A DNA stretch of 64,000 bases from Roseicyclus sp. (GCA_018401385.1 JAGYKZ010000004.1:748-64747), one strand, 5' to 3'; positions 20,770-31,110 are shown, counted from the stretch's first letter. A program made the numbers and translations. The notes: a model not told the origin generated them from the sequence alone.

Positions 20770-21381
20770 TCAGAAGGATTTGCGTGCATTGAGCGCGGCG
20801 CTGATGGTGCCGTCATCGAGATAATCCAACTCGCCGCCAATCGGCACGCCTTGTGCCAGCGAGGTGATTTTAACCCGCCCTTCGCGCGCCATTGGGGCCA
20901 ATTCCCCCGCAATGTAATGGGCGGTGGTTTGGCCATCTACTGTAGCGTTCAACGCGAGAATGATCTCCTCAACCCCGTCTTCCGCGACACGCTCTACCAA
21001 GCGCGGGATGCGCAAATCCTCGGGGCCGATATCGTCCAATGCCGATAGGGTGCCGCCCAAAACATGGTAGCGTCCGCCAAAGGCCCGTCCGCGTTCCATC
21101 GCCCATAGATCGGCCACATCCTCCACCACGCAGATCTGGCCGTTGGCCCGCTTGGGGTCGGTGCAAATTGCGCAGATGTCATCTGTGCCAATATTGCCGC
21201 AAGAGAGGCATTCGCGCGCATCGCGCGCCACGTCTGCGAGAGATTGCGCCAAGGGTGTCATCAGGGCTGCGCGCTTCTTGATCAGGTGCAAAACCGCGCG
21301 CCGCGCCGAGCGCGGCCCAAGCCCAGGCAAACGCGCCATGAGCGCGATCAAATCCTCAATCTGGCGCGCGCCTTCGCTCAT
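20770..21381 (-). CDS. recR: Recombination mediator RecR
   Basis: [12 protein letters not shown]4 zinc finger, [18 protein letters not shown] and [12 protein letters not shown]. Confidence 0.97.
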   Translation of the reverse strand: MSEGARQIEDLIALMARLPGLGPRSARRAVLHLIKKRAALMTPLAQSLADVARDARECLSCGNIGTDDICAICTDPKRANGQICVVEDVADLWAMERGRAFGGRYHVLGGTLSALDDIGPEDLRIPRLVERVAEDGVEEIILALNATVDGQTTAHYIAGELAPMAREGRVKITSLAQGVPIGGELDYLDDGTISAALNARKSF

Positions 21382-21386
21382 GGGGA

Positions 21387-21737
21387 TCAGAAGGGCAGCT
21401 TCATGCCTGCGGGCAGGCCAAGCTCGGCAGTGATTTTCTGCAATTCTTCTTGGCTGCGATCCGATGCTTTTGCTTGCGCGTCCTTGATGGCGGCCAAGAT
21501 CAGATCTTCGACCACTTCCTTGTCATCGCCATTGAAGATGGAGGGGTCGATATCGAGCCCGACCAATTCGCCCTTGGCGCTTGCGGTCGCTTTGACAAGC
21601 CCCGCGCCCGCCTCGCCAGTGACGCGAATATTGTGCAGATTTTCTTGCATTTCCGTCATGCGGGTCTGCATTTCTTGTGCCTGTTTCATCATCTTGGTCA
21701 TGTCGCCAAGACCGCCGAGGCCCTTGAGCATGGTCAT
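21387..21737 (-). CDS. ybaB: YbaB/EbfC nucleoid-associated protein
   Basis: MMKQAQEMQ...GEAGAGLV...[10 protein letters not shown]...GMKLPF, located between dnaX and recR. Confidence 0.95.
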   Translation of the reverse strand: MTMLKGLGGLGDMTKMMKQAQEMQTRMTEMQENLHNIRVTGEAGAGLVKATASAKGELVGLDIDPSIFNGDDKEVVEDLILAAIKDAQAKASDRSQEELQKITAELGLPAGMKLPF

Positions 21738-21749
21738 AATCCTTTGTGG

Positions 21750-23513
21750 TTAATCGTCTTCGAACGGGTCCCATTCATCCTCAATCTCGGGCAACGCCTC
21801 GACCGCGGCATGGGCTTCAATCTCTTTATGGCTGCGGATATCTGTGATTTTCGCATTTGGAAAGGCCGTGAACACCGCTTGCATCAGCGGATGTGCTTTG
21901 GCTTCTTCCTCGTGTTTGCTGCGTTGCGCCTCGGCTTGTTCCGCGATTGTTGGGGAGCCGCCTGCGGAGACGAGTGATACAATCCACCGCGCCCCTGTCC
22001 ATTGCGTCAGCCGTTGCCCCAATCGTGGGGCAAGGTCATCTGGGGCGCGCTCGGTTGGTTCAAACTCGATCCGTCCTGCACGATAGGAGGCCAAGCGCAG
22101 CGCCGTTTTCACCTCAATAAGAAGTTTGATATCGCGCATTTCTTCGATCAACGCGACCACATGATCAAAGGTGGGGTATCGCGCCAAAAGCGCCTCGGGC
22201 GCTTCGGCAAGGGCCGCTTGCGGCCCAGCGTTGGATGCACCGCTGCTGGTGTGGACCCTGCCTTGTGCCCGTTCTTGGCTTTGTGCCTGTGTGGATGGTC
22301 CCCCACCTGAAGGCGCAGGTCCGCGCGGGTTGGGCGCAGGGGGCGGTGCGCTGGCGTTCAATTTTCGGATCAGATCATCGGGGCTTGGCAATTCCGCAAC
22401 ATGGGTCAGGCGGATCACGGCCATCTCAGCGGCCATCATCGCGTTGGGCGCAAAGGCGACTTCCTCCAGAGATTTTAACAGCATCTGCCACATCCGCGAC
22501 AAAGGACGCATTTGCAATTGACCAGATAGGGCCATCCCACGACTGCGCTCATCGGGTGAAACAGAGGGGTCTTCGGCCGCTTCTGGTGTGATTTTCACAA
22601 CCGAAAGCCAATGGGTGATATCGGCCAAATCGCGCAGCACGGCCATGGGATCGGCACCATCGGCATATTGCGTGGCCAATTCGTCCAAGGCCCCTTTGGC
22701 ATCGCCCCGCATGATCATCTCAAAGAGATCCATCACCCGCCCACGATCGGCCAAGCCCAACATGGCGCGCACCTGTTCTGCCGTCGTTTCACCCGCGCCA
22801 TGGGAAATGGCTTGATCCAACAGGCTCAAGGCATCGCGCACCGACCCTTCGGCAGCGCGCGTAATCAGGGCCAAAGCCTCATCTGTAATTTCTGCCTTTT
22901 CCATATCCGCGATCTTGCGCAAATGCGCGATCATCACCTCAGGTTCGATGCGGCGCAGATCGAAACGCTGGCAGCGTGACAACACAGTGACCGGCACTTT
23001 GCGAATCTCTGTGGTCGCAAAGATGAATTTCACATGGGCGGGGGGTTCTTCCAATGTTTTGAGCAGCGCGTTGAACGCGCTGGTCGAAAGCATATGAACC
23101 TCGTCAATGATGTAAATCTTATAGCGCGCACTGGCGGAGCGATAATTGACGCTTTCGATGATCTCGCGAATGTCATTCACGCCCGTGCGCGAGGCAGCGT
23201 CCATCTCCATCACATCGACATGACGCCCTTCGGCAATGGATGTACAATGTTCACATTCTCCGCAGGGCTCGGTCGTGGGTTTGCCTGTGCCATCAGGCCC
23301 GATGCAGTTTAGACCCTTTGCAATGATCCGCGCGGTGGTGGTTTTCCCCGTTCCCCGAATCCCAGTCATGATAAAGGCTTGCGCGATACGATCCGCGGCA
23401 AAGGCGTTTTTGAGCGTCCGCACCATTGCATCCTGACCGATCAAATCGGCGAAGCTTGCAGGGCGATACTTTCGCGCAAGCACCTGATAGGCTTGATCGG
23501 TGGGCTGGCTCAT
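21750..23513 (-). CDS. dnaX: DNA polymerase III subunit gamma/tau
   Basis: YQVLARKYRP, GIRGTGKTTTAR, EMDAAS, IIDEVHMLS, LKTLEEPP and SRCQRF motifs. Confidence 0.98.
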   Translation of the reverse strand: MSQPTDQAYQVLARKYRPASFADLIGQDAMVRTLKNAFAADRIAQAFIMTGIRGTGKTTTARIIAKGLNCIGPDGTGKPTTEPCGECEHCTSIAEGRHVDVMEMDAASRTGVNDIREIIESVNYRSASARYKIYIIDEVHMLSTSAFNALLKTLEEPPAHVKFIFATTEIRKVPVTVLSRCQRFDLRRIEPEVMIAHLRKIADMEKAEITDEALALITRAAEGSVRDALSLLDQAISHGAGETTAEQVRAMLGLADRGRVMDLFEMIMRGDAKGALDELATQYADGADPMAVLRDLADITHWLSVVKITPEAAEDPSVSPDERSRGMALSGQLQMRPLSRMWQMLLKSLEEVAFAPNAMMAAEMAVIRLTHVAELPSPDDLIRKLNASAPPPAPNPRGPAPSGGGPSTQAQSQERAQGRVHTSSGASNAGPQAALAEAPEALLARYPTFDHVVALIEEMRDIKLLIEVKTALRLASYRAGRIEFEPTERAPDDLAPRLGQRLTQWTGARWIVSLVSAGGSPTIAEQAEAQRSKHEEEAKAHPLMQAVFTAFPNAKITDIRSHKEIEAHAAVEALPEIEDEWDPFEDD

Positions 23514-23645
23514 ATGCGGTTCCGTAAGCTCCTGACTGTTTGGGCTTGGCAGGGCGCGATCTTACCCGCAAGCTTATTGGCAAACTAGGCGCAGAAGCGC
23601 GGCGCGGCAACCGCTTCGTTTCAGTCGCAAGGCAGGGGAAAGAAG

Positions 23646-23963
23646 ATGCAAGATAGATCACGACTTTTGGCATTTCTGTTTTTAATCGCGGCGACCCTAT
23701 TTGTGCTGTCCCTCTATGGCGCAGCATGGCTTTCCGAGGATGGCTTCCGCGGCCTTCCTTTTGGCTTAACTGCGATTTTTGTCATGGTGCACCTGCCCGC
23801 TGCGGGTGCAGGGATTTGGCTGTGGCGACAAGGTGCGCTTGGTCGCATGGGGTATATGGTGCGTGCGATGACCGTTTATTTCTGCTGCGCGGTGGCCTTT
23901 GCCATGGGTGGAAATTACCTCTGGGCATCGCTTGTAAACGGTCTTTATAGCGGCGGGATGTGA
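23646..23963 (+). CDS. Small hypothetical membrane protein (about 3 TM helices)
   Basis: ATG with purine-rich RBS, three hydrophobic segments, and it fills the intergenic gap. Confidence 0.6.
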   Translation: MQDRSRLLAFLFLIAATLFVLSLYGAAWLSEDGFRGLPFGLTAIFVMVHLPAAGAGIWLWRQGALGRMGYMVRAMTVYFCCAVAFAMGGNYLWASLVNGLYSGGM

Positions 23964-23972
23964 GCGCGTATT

Positions 23973-24737
23973 CTATGGCGGAGTGACCCCCGACCAATCC
24001 CAAATACTACGCCGATCATCATCCATCTGTGGCAAATCACCCGCTTGGGCAAGCGCGTCTAGGAATGCGGTCGGATTATCAAAAGGCAGGGCGCTGAGGG
24101 CTGCGGTCTCGATCCGCCACCACTTGCTTTGCCGCAAGGCGTTGATGATGGTTTGCTCAAAGCGCGGGCGGATCACGCGTGCGGGATTGCCGCCCACGAT
24201 CATGTAATCCTCGACATCACGCGTGACCACTGACCCAGCGGCCACCACAGCGCCCGTGCCGATGGCGATGCCATCGCGCAGCAAGACATCTTGGCCAATC
24301 CAGACATCATGACCGATGCGCACGGGCTTTGCGTCACCCTGATGACGTTGGGTTTCGGGCAGCGCGGGCAGATCAAACAGGCGCCGCCTGCGCGGCTGGT
24401 AATGGACGGGTGATGTGGACACCCAGTGATGCGGATGGCTTGCGCCCATCACACGGACATTTCCACTGATCGAGCAATACCGCCCGATCCATTCGGCATG
24501 AAAGGTCGAGTGGCTGTAGGAATACGCCCCCAAGGGCATCAGTCCTTTTGGGTTATGTTGGCTGTGGCGTTCAAATTTTGTAAGGGCATTGTCTAAGACA
24601 TGACCCATGCGCAACTTTGGGTAAAAGCGCACAGGCAGACCCGCGATCAATGCCATATCGGTGCAGCGAAAACGATTCATCGCAGCCAGTTCCCCGCATT
24701 CCGTAACCCAAATCATAGCTTGGTCGATCTTGCGCAA
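23973..24737 (-). CDS. CatB/Vat-related hexapeptide O-acetyltransferase
   Basis: IGRYCSIS, IGHDVWIGQDV...IGTGAVVAAGSVVTRDV...IVGGNPARVIRPRF...KWW. Start is TTG 24737 or ATG 24716. Confidence 0.88.
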   Translation of the reverse strand: MRKIDQAMIWVTECGELAAMNRFRCTDMALIAGLPVRFYPKLRMGHVLDNALTKFERHSQHNPKGLMPLGAYSYSHSTFHAEWIGRYCSISGNVRVMGASHPHHWVSTSPVHYQPRRRRLFDLPALPETQRHQGDAKPVRIGHDVWIGQDVLLRDGIAIGTGAVVAAGSVVTRDVEDYMIVGGNPARVIRPRFEQTIINALRQSKWWRIETAALSALPFDNPTAFLDALAQAGDLPQMDDDRRSIWDWSGVTPP

Positions 24738-24776
24738 CGCCGCAAGCCATCAGCCGAGGGATTTAGGGGAAAGGGT

Positions 24777-24870
24777 GAGAGGCTGGACAACGACCCAAGC
24801 GGGACTCGTTACGGCTGCTTCCTTCCGGATCTGACCGGGTTGGCGAGGAGCCTGTCCGCGCCAACCTCTC
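24777..24870 (-). ncRNA. ffs: Signal recognition particle 4.5S RNA (small SRP)
   Basis: Minus strand reads GAGAGGTTGG...CGGTCAGATCCGGAAGGAAGCAGCCG...CCAGCCTCTC, containing the helix-8 motif and complementary ends; close to dnaX. Confidence 0.95.
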
Positions 24871-24925
24871 AATGGCTACGTAATCAATCTGCCCAACGCT
24901 TGCAAGGGCCGCGTCGGTTTTGGGA

Positions 24926-26782
24926 TCACAGTGTGATCTTAAATTGGGAAAAACCTTGCGCGGATTGCCCTTGATAGATCAGGCCGCGCTGTTGGATGTC
25001 TTGGGTCAAATCTTGCGCGCCATGGCCCGTCTCGAACACCGCGACCTTGCCCCCAAGCGGGGTGAAGTGCCAAGGGTCCTCTGCCTTGATCATCAAAGGT
25101 GTGTGCTGGGTTATATAGCGTGCCAAGATATCTTCCACGGATGGTGGGTTGTCCACGGCCAAGAAAGCCCGACCGCGGGCGGGCGCATCGAAATGTCCGC
25201 CACCCCCCGCACGATAGGAGTTTGTCGCAACCAGAAACCGCATTTCATCCTCTATTGGACGGCCGCCATAGGTGATGTTCTGCACACGCGAAGCTTTGGG
25301 ATTGCACAACAGGCCTGTCCCATCGAACCGTGCAGGTTTTGCCAAATTGATTTCATATTTCAGACCGTAAATCGTATCGAAATTATAGCTCATGGCTTGC
25401 GGATCGATCAGGTGGCGCGGCGTGTCTTCGATATGAGAAAAACACGCGGCGCTGCGCTCAAGCCAATCTTTTAAATCCTCCCCTGTGACCTCAACCACTT
25501 CAAGGCTGTTGGGATAAAGGCAGATTTCTGCGCTGTGCTTGCGTAAAAGATCGCCTTTTGGGATGTCGATATAGTGCTGTGGCCCAGCTCGGCCGCCTGC
25601 TTTATAGGGGGCAACTGCCGCCAAAAGGGGCAGGTCACTGACCCCTATCTGTTCGGTCAAATACTGTTTGGCCGCATCTTTTTGCGCGCGGGCAAGCAAT
25701 GTGCCGATCTGGCAGGAACCAAGCATTGAAAAATAACTGTGGAGCCGCCTGTGGGTCGTGCCAATCGGGCTGCGAATATGCTGCAAAACGCGATTATGAA
25801 TGGGTTGATCTGGCGGCGCAGGGCGGTTCTGGCGACGCAGCATATAATGGGCACTGTGCCCTGCCGTGACGTGCCATTTGTTTTCCTCTTGAACCAATGT
25901 TAAATGGATCATTCCGATCCCATAGCCCCAAAACTTAGGCTGCACCGCTACGCGCCCTCGGATGTGACCGCGATAGTGGTCAAGCGCGGGCAGGGACTCT
26001 GATTTTGCGGCAGCGGGATTGGGGAAAATATGATGGGTATGTCCAAAGATCATCGCGTCAATCTGTGGGATTGCGGCAACGGCATAGGCGGCATTCTCGC
26101 CTGACGGGTCGCCGCCTGTTCGGTCAAGCCCGCTGTGACACAGCGCGACCACGAGATCCGCGCCTTCGGCCTTGAGGGTTTTGGCCATTTCTGCGGCGGT
26201 AGTCGTAATGTCGCTGACGCACACGCGGCCTGCAAGATGGGTGCGATCCCATTTCAAGATTTGTGGCGGCACAAACCCGATGAGGCCTATTTTCAGCGCC
26301 TGTTTGTGTCCCATAGTATCTGTGAACTGCCGTTTGAGGATCACGGATTTCTGGAATGCGCCTGTGGTCTCAACTTCGGTGACATTCGACAAGATCACAG
26401 GAAACTGAGCCAGTTGCGCGATTTTCTGCGCAAAATCCAGCCCGTAATTGAAATCGTGATTGCCAAGGCCCATGGCATCATATTCCAGCGCGTTCATCGC
26501 AGTGATCATCGGATGGGGGGCATCCTCGCGTGCGGCCACATCCGCTAAAGGTGTGCCCTGCACCGTGTCTCCATTGTCGAGCAAAAGGATATTGGGAAAG
26601 GTTCTGCGCAGTTTGGCTATAATGGGGGTAAGCGCCTCAAGCCCGCGCAAAGGGTCGGGGCGGTCTTGGAAGTAGTCAAATTGAGTCAAATGCGCGTGGA
26701 GATCCGTTGTCGCCAACAGCGTGATTTTCAGCCCTGCTTGCGAGCTGGTTGTTGTGACCCTGTCTGCGGTAGCCAATGCCAA
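24926..26782 (-). CDS. cpdB: 2',3'-cyclic-nucleotide 2'-phosphodiesterase/3'-nucleotidase (CpdB-like), with no obvious signal peptide
   Basis: TTDLHAH, DNGDTVQGTP, GNHDFNYG, HSG, GHTH, KAGGRAG, YNFD and ATNSYRAGGGG motifs. Confidence 0.88.
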   Translation of the reverse strand: MALATADRVTTTSSQAGLKITLLATTDLHAHLTQFDYFQDRPDPLRGLEALTPIIAKLRRTFPNILLLDNGDTVQGTPLADVAAREDAPHPMITAMNALEYDAMGLGNHDFNYGLDFAQKIAQLAQFPVILSNVTEVETTGAFQKSVILKRQFTDTMGHKQALKIGLIGFVPPQILKWDRTHLAGRVCVSDITTTAAEMAKTLKAEGADLVVALCHSGLDRTGGDPSGENAAYAVAAIPQIDAMIFGHTHHIFPNPAAAKSESLPALDHYRGHIRGRVAVQPKFWGYGIGMIHLTLVQEENKWHVTAGHSAHYMLRRQNRPAPPDQPIHNRVLQHIRSPIGTTHRRLHSYFSMLGSCQIGTLLARAQKDAAKQYLTEQIGVSDLPLLAAVAPYKAGGRAGPQHYIDIPKGDLLRKHSAEICLYPNSLEVVEVTGEDLKDWLERSAACFSHIEDTPRHLIDPQAMSYNFDTIYGLKYEINLAKPARFDGTGLLCNPKASRVQNITYGGRPIEDEMRFLVATNSYRAGGGGHFDAPARGRAFLAVDNPPSVEDILARYITQHTPLMIKAEDPWHFTPLGGKVAVFETGHGAQDLTQDIQQRGLIYQGQSAQGFSQFKITL

Positions 26783-26896
26783 CCCCTTATTTGAGACCTT
26801 TACATTAGGGTCCGATCCGCCGCGTTTGGCAAGCCTATTGCGGTTGCGCCTTCATCATCTCTCTGGCAGCTTGCGCTGTGAAAAAAGGATCACAGA

Positions 26897-27889
26897 ATGC
26901 CCCTTCTCCCTACTGCCCCTGATGTGACGTTCGGGGGATCACATTTGGATCGCGCGGCGCAGCTTCGCGATGATCAGGCCGCCTTGGCCCAGATCGCCTT
27001 GGCCCAAATCTTGGTGTTTTGGCGCGGCAAGGTTCTATGTCTACGCGATGCTCAGACAGGGGCAGCCCGGCTTTGTTTCTTGGAGCGCAGCGCTGCGCTT
27101 TTGCACCATTGTGCGGCGGATACGCAGATGTTTCTGGGGCTGTCTGAGGCCGGCGCGGGCTATTTTGCCCATGAATTGCGCGATTGGACGCCTGCATTGC
27201 CCGATGGTGTTGCGCTTGGTGCTTTTTCTGATCTGTCCGAACAGGCGCATCCAGACGCGCCAGAGGGGGCGGTCTTCTTGGAGCTGCGCAGCATCATGAT
27301 GGCGCTGTCCCCGCGCGAAGCAGAATTGGCCGCCACGGCGCGTGCACTGTTGAACTGGCATGGAACGCATGGGTTTTGCGCGCGCTGCGGCAGCGCCTCG
27401 GATGTTGTGCAGGCGGGGTGGCAGCGCAAATGCCCCCAGTGCGGCGCGGCGCATTTCCCGCGCACTGATCCTGTTGTGATCATGCTGGTGACGTATCATG
27501 ATCGCGTGCTTTTGGGGCGTTCGCATGGCTGGCCTGAGGGGATGTATTCCGCTTTGGCGGGTTTTGTTGAACCAGGCGAGACGATTGAGGCGGCCGTGCG
27601 CCGTGAAGTTTTCGAAGAGGCGGGCATTACCACGGCGCGTGTCGCCTATATCGCTGATCAACCTTGGCCCTATCCCAATTCCTTGATGTTCGGATGTGTC
27701 GTGGAGGCCACAAGCACGCAGATCACTCTGGACCCTCATGAATTAGAAAATGCGCTATGGTTGACGCGGCAAGAGGCGATGGATGTCTTTTGCGGGTCAC
27801 ACCCCGAAATATCTTCGCCGCGCAAGGGGGCAATTGCGCGGTTTTTGCTGGAAAACTGGTTGGCGGATCGGTTTGTATCACAGGGCTAG
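26897..27889 (+). CDS. nudC: NAD(+) diphosphatase NudC
   Basis: FCARCG...CPQCGAAHFPRTDPVVIM, Nudix box GFVEPGETIEAAVRREVFEEAG, and QPWPYPNSLM. Confidence 0.95.
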   Translation: MPLLPTAPDVTFGGSHLDRAAQLRDDQAALAQIALAQILVFWRGKVLCLRDAQTGAARLCFLERSAALLHHCAADTQMFLGLSEAGAGYFAHELRDWTPALPDGVALGAFSDLSEQAHPDAPEGAVFLELRSIMMALSPREAELAATARALLNWHGTHGFCARCGSASDVVQAGWQRKCPQCGAAHFPRTDPVVIMLVTYHDRVLLGRSHGWPEGMYSALAGFVEPGETIEAAVRREVFEEAGITTARVAYIADQPWPYPNSLMFGCVVEATSTQITLDPHELENALWLTRQEAMDVFCGSHPEISSPRKGAIARFLLENWLADRFVSQG

Positions 27890-27989
27890 GCGTGGCGTGC
27901 AGCGCATGATGCGCAAAGGATTGGGTGGGTTTGGCCAAAGAACACCCAAATCCTGCGTGAGTTGGCGGCGATGATTGGGGTGATCGAAG

Positions 27990-28460
27990 ATGAAATTCAA
28001 AGCAACTGAAGATATTGATGCCCCGCTTGAATTGGTTTTCGAGCGGTTTTGTGACTTTCGCCAAATCGAGGATGAGCTTGTGGGGCGGGGTGCTAAATTG
28101 ATCCGCGAGGGTGGATGGACGCAGCCGCGCAAAGGGGTGTCTTGGTCAGGCGAAATCAAATTGCGCGGCCGCGCGCGGCCCATGTCTTCGCAAATCACAA
28201 GTTTGATCCATGAGGAAGCCCTGACGATTGAAAGCCAGGTCGGTGGGATGCAGAGCTTTTATGAATTGCGCTTCCAAGGGATCAATCCGCAAATGTCCCG
28301 CGTCACCGCAACGCTGGAACTGAAACCCACCACTTTGAGCGCGCGTCTGGTGATCCAGTCCTTGAAACTTGCAAGAGGACGGGTTTTGCAGCGGATGACG
28401 GGCTATCTGGTGCGCCGTGGCAATGAGGTGGAGGCCGAGTATCGCGCCGCGCTTGGGTGA
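27990..28460 (+). CDS. SRPBCC/START-fold protein
   Basis: MKFKATEDIDAPLELVFERFCDF...LKPTTLSARLVIQSLKLAR pattern. Confidence 0.7.
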   Translation: MKFKATEDIDAPLELVFERFCDFRQIEDELVGRGAKLIREGGWTQPRKGVSWSGEIKLRGRARPMSSQITSLIHEEALTIESQVGGMQSFYELRFQGINPQMSRVTATLELKPTTLSARLVIQSLKLARGRVLQRMTGYLVRRGNEVEAEYRAALG

Positions 28461-28461
28461 T

Positions 28462-29382
28462 TTATCCTTGCGGGGTCATGGCTTTTCTTTGTCGCGCCCG
28501 CTCCAGCCCCAGTTTGCGTTCGCGTAGAATGATCGCAATGCCTGCCACGATGATGATCGCGGCCCCCAGAAGCATGGTGCCGCTTGGGACCTCATTAAAC
28601 ACCATATATCCCACGCCAAGCGCCAGCAGCATGGAGCTGTATTCAAAAGGTGCAATCAGGGAGGCATCGGCCTCGCGGTAGCTGGAGGTCAGTAGAATTT
28701 GTCCCACACCGCCCAGCAGACCCGCGAGGATCAACAGCCCCGCCTCGCGTAGATTGGGGATCACCCAACCCCACGGGATGGTAAACAGCGAGAGCACCGT
28801 GGCCGTGATGGAGAACCAAAAGACAATCGCGGAGGTGCTTTCTGTGGCGACCATCTTGCGCACAAACACCTGTGCAAGCGCTGCGCAAACCGCGCTCATC
28901 AACACGATCATTGCACCAAGCGCCTCGGCGTGGGTGGTATCTGCCGCATCCAAGCTCAGGCGTGGAGACAACACGATCACAACGCCAACCATTCCCAATG
29001 CGACCATGGCAAGGCGAAACAGGCGCACATCTTCGCCAAGAAACATGGCCGCGAAAACCACCACTAAAATCGGCGCGGCGTAACCAATTGCGGTGACCTC
29101 GGGCAAAGGTAAAAGGCCAAGCCCTGCAAAGCCAAGACCCATGGCGCTGGTGCCGATCACACCGCGCCAAACGTGTCCCATGGGTGAGACGGTGCGCAGC
29201 CCGCTGGACAGCTCATGCCGATACCACAGCCACGCCATGATGACAGGGATCGCAAAAAAGGATCGGAAAAAAACCGCCTGACCAGGCGGCACATGATCTG
29301 ATGTCGCCTTGATCAACGCAGCCATGGCCACGAAGACGCACACGGAGGCGATTTTAAAGGCAATGCCGCGCAGGGGGTTCAT
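28462..29382 (-). CDS. DMT/EamA family transporter
   Basis: About 10 TM helices; FFRSFFA, FLGEDV, ASLIAPFEY and FNEVP. Confidence 0.9.
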   Translation of the reverse strand: MNPLRGIAFKIASVCVFVAMAALIKATSDHVPPGQAVFFRSFFAIPVIMAWLWYRHELSSGLRTVSPMGHVWRGVIGTSAMGLGFAGLGLLPLPEVTAIGYAAPILVVVFAAMFLGEDVRLFRLAMVALGMVGVVIVLSPRLSLDAADTTHAEALGAMIVLMSAVCAALAQVFVRKMVATESTSAIVFWFSITATVLSLFTIPWGWVIPNLREAGLLILAGLLGGVGQILLTSSYREADASLIAPFEYSSMLLALGVGYMVFNEVPSGTMLLGAAIIIVAGIAIILRERKLGLERARQRKAMTPQG

Positions 29383-29447
29383 GAGAAGGGCTTTCCGATC
29401 AGGATAGCGTGACCATGCGCCTCACGATTGTCTCTGGCAAGTGGGGA

Positions 29448-30302
29448 TTACGCGCCGTAATCGCGGCTTGGGTCCGCGGGATAGCTGCCCAAGATTCGCA
29501 ACTCACTTGTGAAATATTCCAACTCCTCAAGCGCCAGTTGCACCGCGCGATCATCGGGATGCCCTTCGATATCGGCATAAAACTGGGTCGCGGAGAATGA
29601 GCCACCGACCATATAGCTTTCCAATTTGGTCATATTCACCCCATTGGTCGCGAACCCGCCCATCGCCTTATACAGTGCCGCAGGGATGTTGCGGACGCGA
29701 AACACGAAGGTTGTCATCATATGGGGTGCGCGCGGGCTGAGATCCGCTTTGGGTTCCATGATCAGAAAGCGCGTTCGGTTGCTGTCTTGATCCTCGATAT
29801 GGCGGGCCAGAATATCCAGATCATAAATCTCGGCGGCAAGTTCCGATGCCAGCGCAGCTTTGTTTGGCTCACCCCAAGCGGCCACATCACGCGCCGCGCG
29901 GGCATTGTCGGTGGTGACACAGCCTTTAATATTGTTTTCTTTTAGGAATTTTGCGCATTGCGGCAAAAGCACGAGATGTGACCATGCCTCGCGCACATCG
30001 CTGAGACGTGCACCTTTGACCCCTAAAAGATTGATGTGAACGCGCACGAAAGCTTCACCCACGATGTAAAGCCCGCTTTCGGGCAGCAGGCGGTGGATAT
30101 CCGCCACGCGGCCATAGGTGGTGTTTTCCACAGGCACCATCGCGGCTTTGGCGCGACCGTCCCGCACGGCTTCCATGGTTTCCTCGAAACTGGCGCAAGG
30201 CAGCACATCCCAGTCGGACCGCGCTTCGCGGCAGGCTTGGTGTGAATATGCGCCAAGTTCGCCTTGGAAGGCGATACGGGGTGAATTCGAGGATACAGTC
30301 AT
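29448..30302 (-). CDS. pheA: Prephenate dehydratase
   Basis: IAFQGELGAYSH, PVENTTYGRV, NRTRF, RNIPAALYKAMGGFATNGVNMTKLESY. Confidence 0.95.
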   Translation of the reverse strand: MTVSSNSPRIAFQGELGAYSHQACREARSDWDVLPCASFEETMEAVRDGRAKAAMVPVENTTYGRVADIHRLLPESGLYIVGEAFVRVHINLLGVKGARLSDVREAWSHLVLLPQCAKFLKENNIKGCVTTDNARAARDVAAWGEPNKAALASELAAEIYDLDILARHIEDQDSNRTRFLIMEPKADLSPRAPHMMTTFVFRVRNIPAALYKAMGGFATNGVNMTKLESYMVGGSFSATQFYADIEGHPDDRAVQLALEELEYFTSELRILGSYPADPSRDYGA

Positions 30303-30407
30303 CGTAAAAATTCCAGATGGGCGTTGTGTCGCGCTTCCTATACCTTGCCATCTTGGGATGGAAGACGATAGATAGCGCGAAACTTGGGCTAGAGAACGGG
30401 AACGACC

Positions 30408-30935
30408 ATGTTTGATACAATGACCATCACAAAGGCAGGCGCATCGCTGTGCGCGGCCCTGCTTGCACTTCTCCTTGCTGGTTGGGCCAGTGACGGGCTT
30501 TATTCCGTTGGCACGGCAAATCATGGTGAGGACCATGTGAGCGGCTACCCTATTTTGGTGGCCGATGCTGAAACCGATGCGCCCGCGGAAGAGGTGGTCG
30601 AGGTCTCCTTCACAGATGTTTATGCCGCCGCTGATGCAGGCGCAGGCGAAGGCCTATGGCGCCAGTGCCAAGCCTGCCATGCGCTTGAGCAGGGTGTGAA
30701 TGGTGTCGGGCCATATATGTATGGCGTTGTCGGTCGCGCGAAGCATGCTGTGGATGGGTTCAACTACTCCAATGCTCTGCTTGCGATGGACGGTGACTGG
30801 ACACCTGAGAACCTGAATGATTTCCTGGAATCGCCGCGCACATATGTGCCTGGCACGGCCATGGCCTATAATGGGATGCGCAAGATCGAAGACCGTGCGA
30901 ACCTGATCGCTTATCTCGCGACCATCGGTAACTGA
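30408..30935 (+). CDS. cycM: Membrane-anchored class I cytochrome c (cy/c552/CycM type)
   Basis: MFDTMTITK N-terminal anchor, CQACH heme motif, PGTAMAY and RANLIAYL. Confidence 0.88.
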   Translation: MFDTMTITKAGASLCAALLALLLAGWASDGLYSVGTANHGEDHVSGYPILVADAETDAPAEEVVEVSFTDVYAAADAGAGEGLWRQCQACHALEQGVNGVGPYMYGVVGRAKHAVDGFNYSNALLAMDGDWTPENLNDFLESPRTYVPGTAMAYNGMRKIEDRANLIAYLATIGN

Positions 30936-30964
30936 TCGCATTCTGGCATCACGGCTCAACACAG

Positions 30965-30993
30965 GACCGCCCGCATCGCAGGGCGGTCTTTTT
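30965..30993 (+). terminator. Intrinsic terminator after the cytochrome c gene
   Basis: GACCGCCC-loop-GGGCGGTC followed by TTTTT. Confidence 0.75.
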
Positions 30994-31110
30994 GCATCAC
31001 AGATGCGCGCGTGCGTGCGTTGGGGTCTGGTTCTTTGCCGCGTGATTGCTAAGTTAACCGTCAGGACCAAATCAATCTGAGCGGTGGATGAGAAAAATGG
31101 CGGGGGTAAG

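Noticed and set aside
21750-23513. Programmed -1 frameshift in dnaX (gamma/tau)
   Set aside because: I found no A AAA AAG slippery site or long A run on the coding strand.
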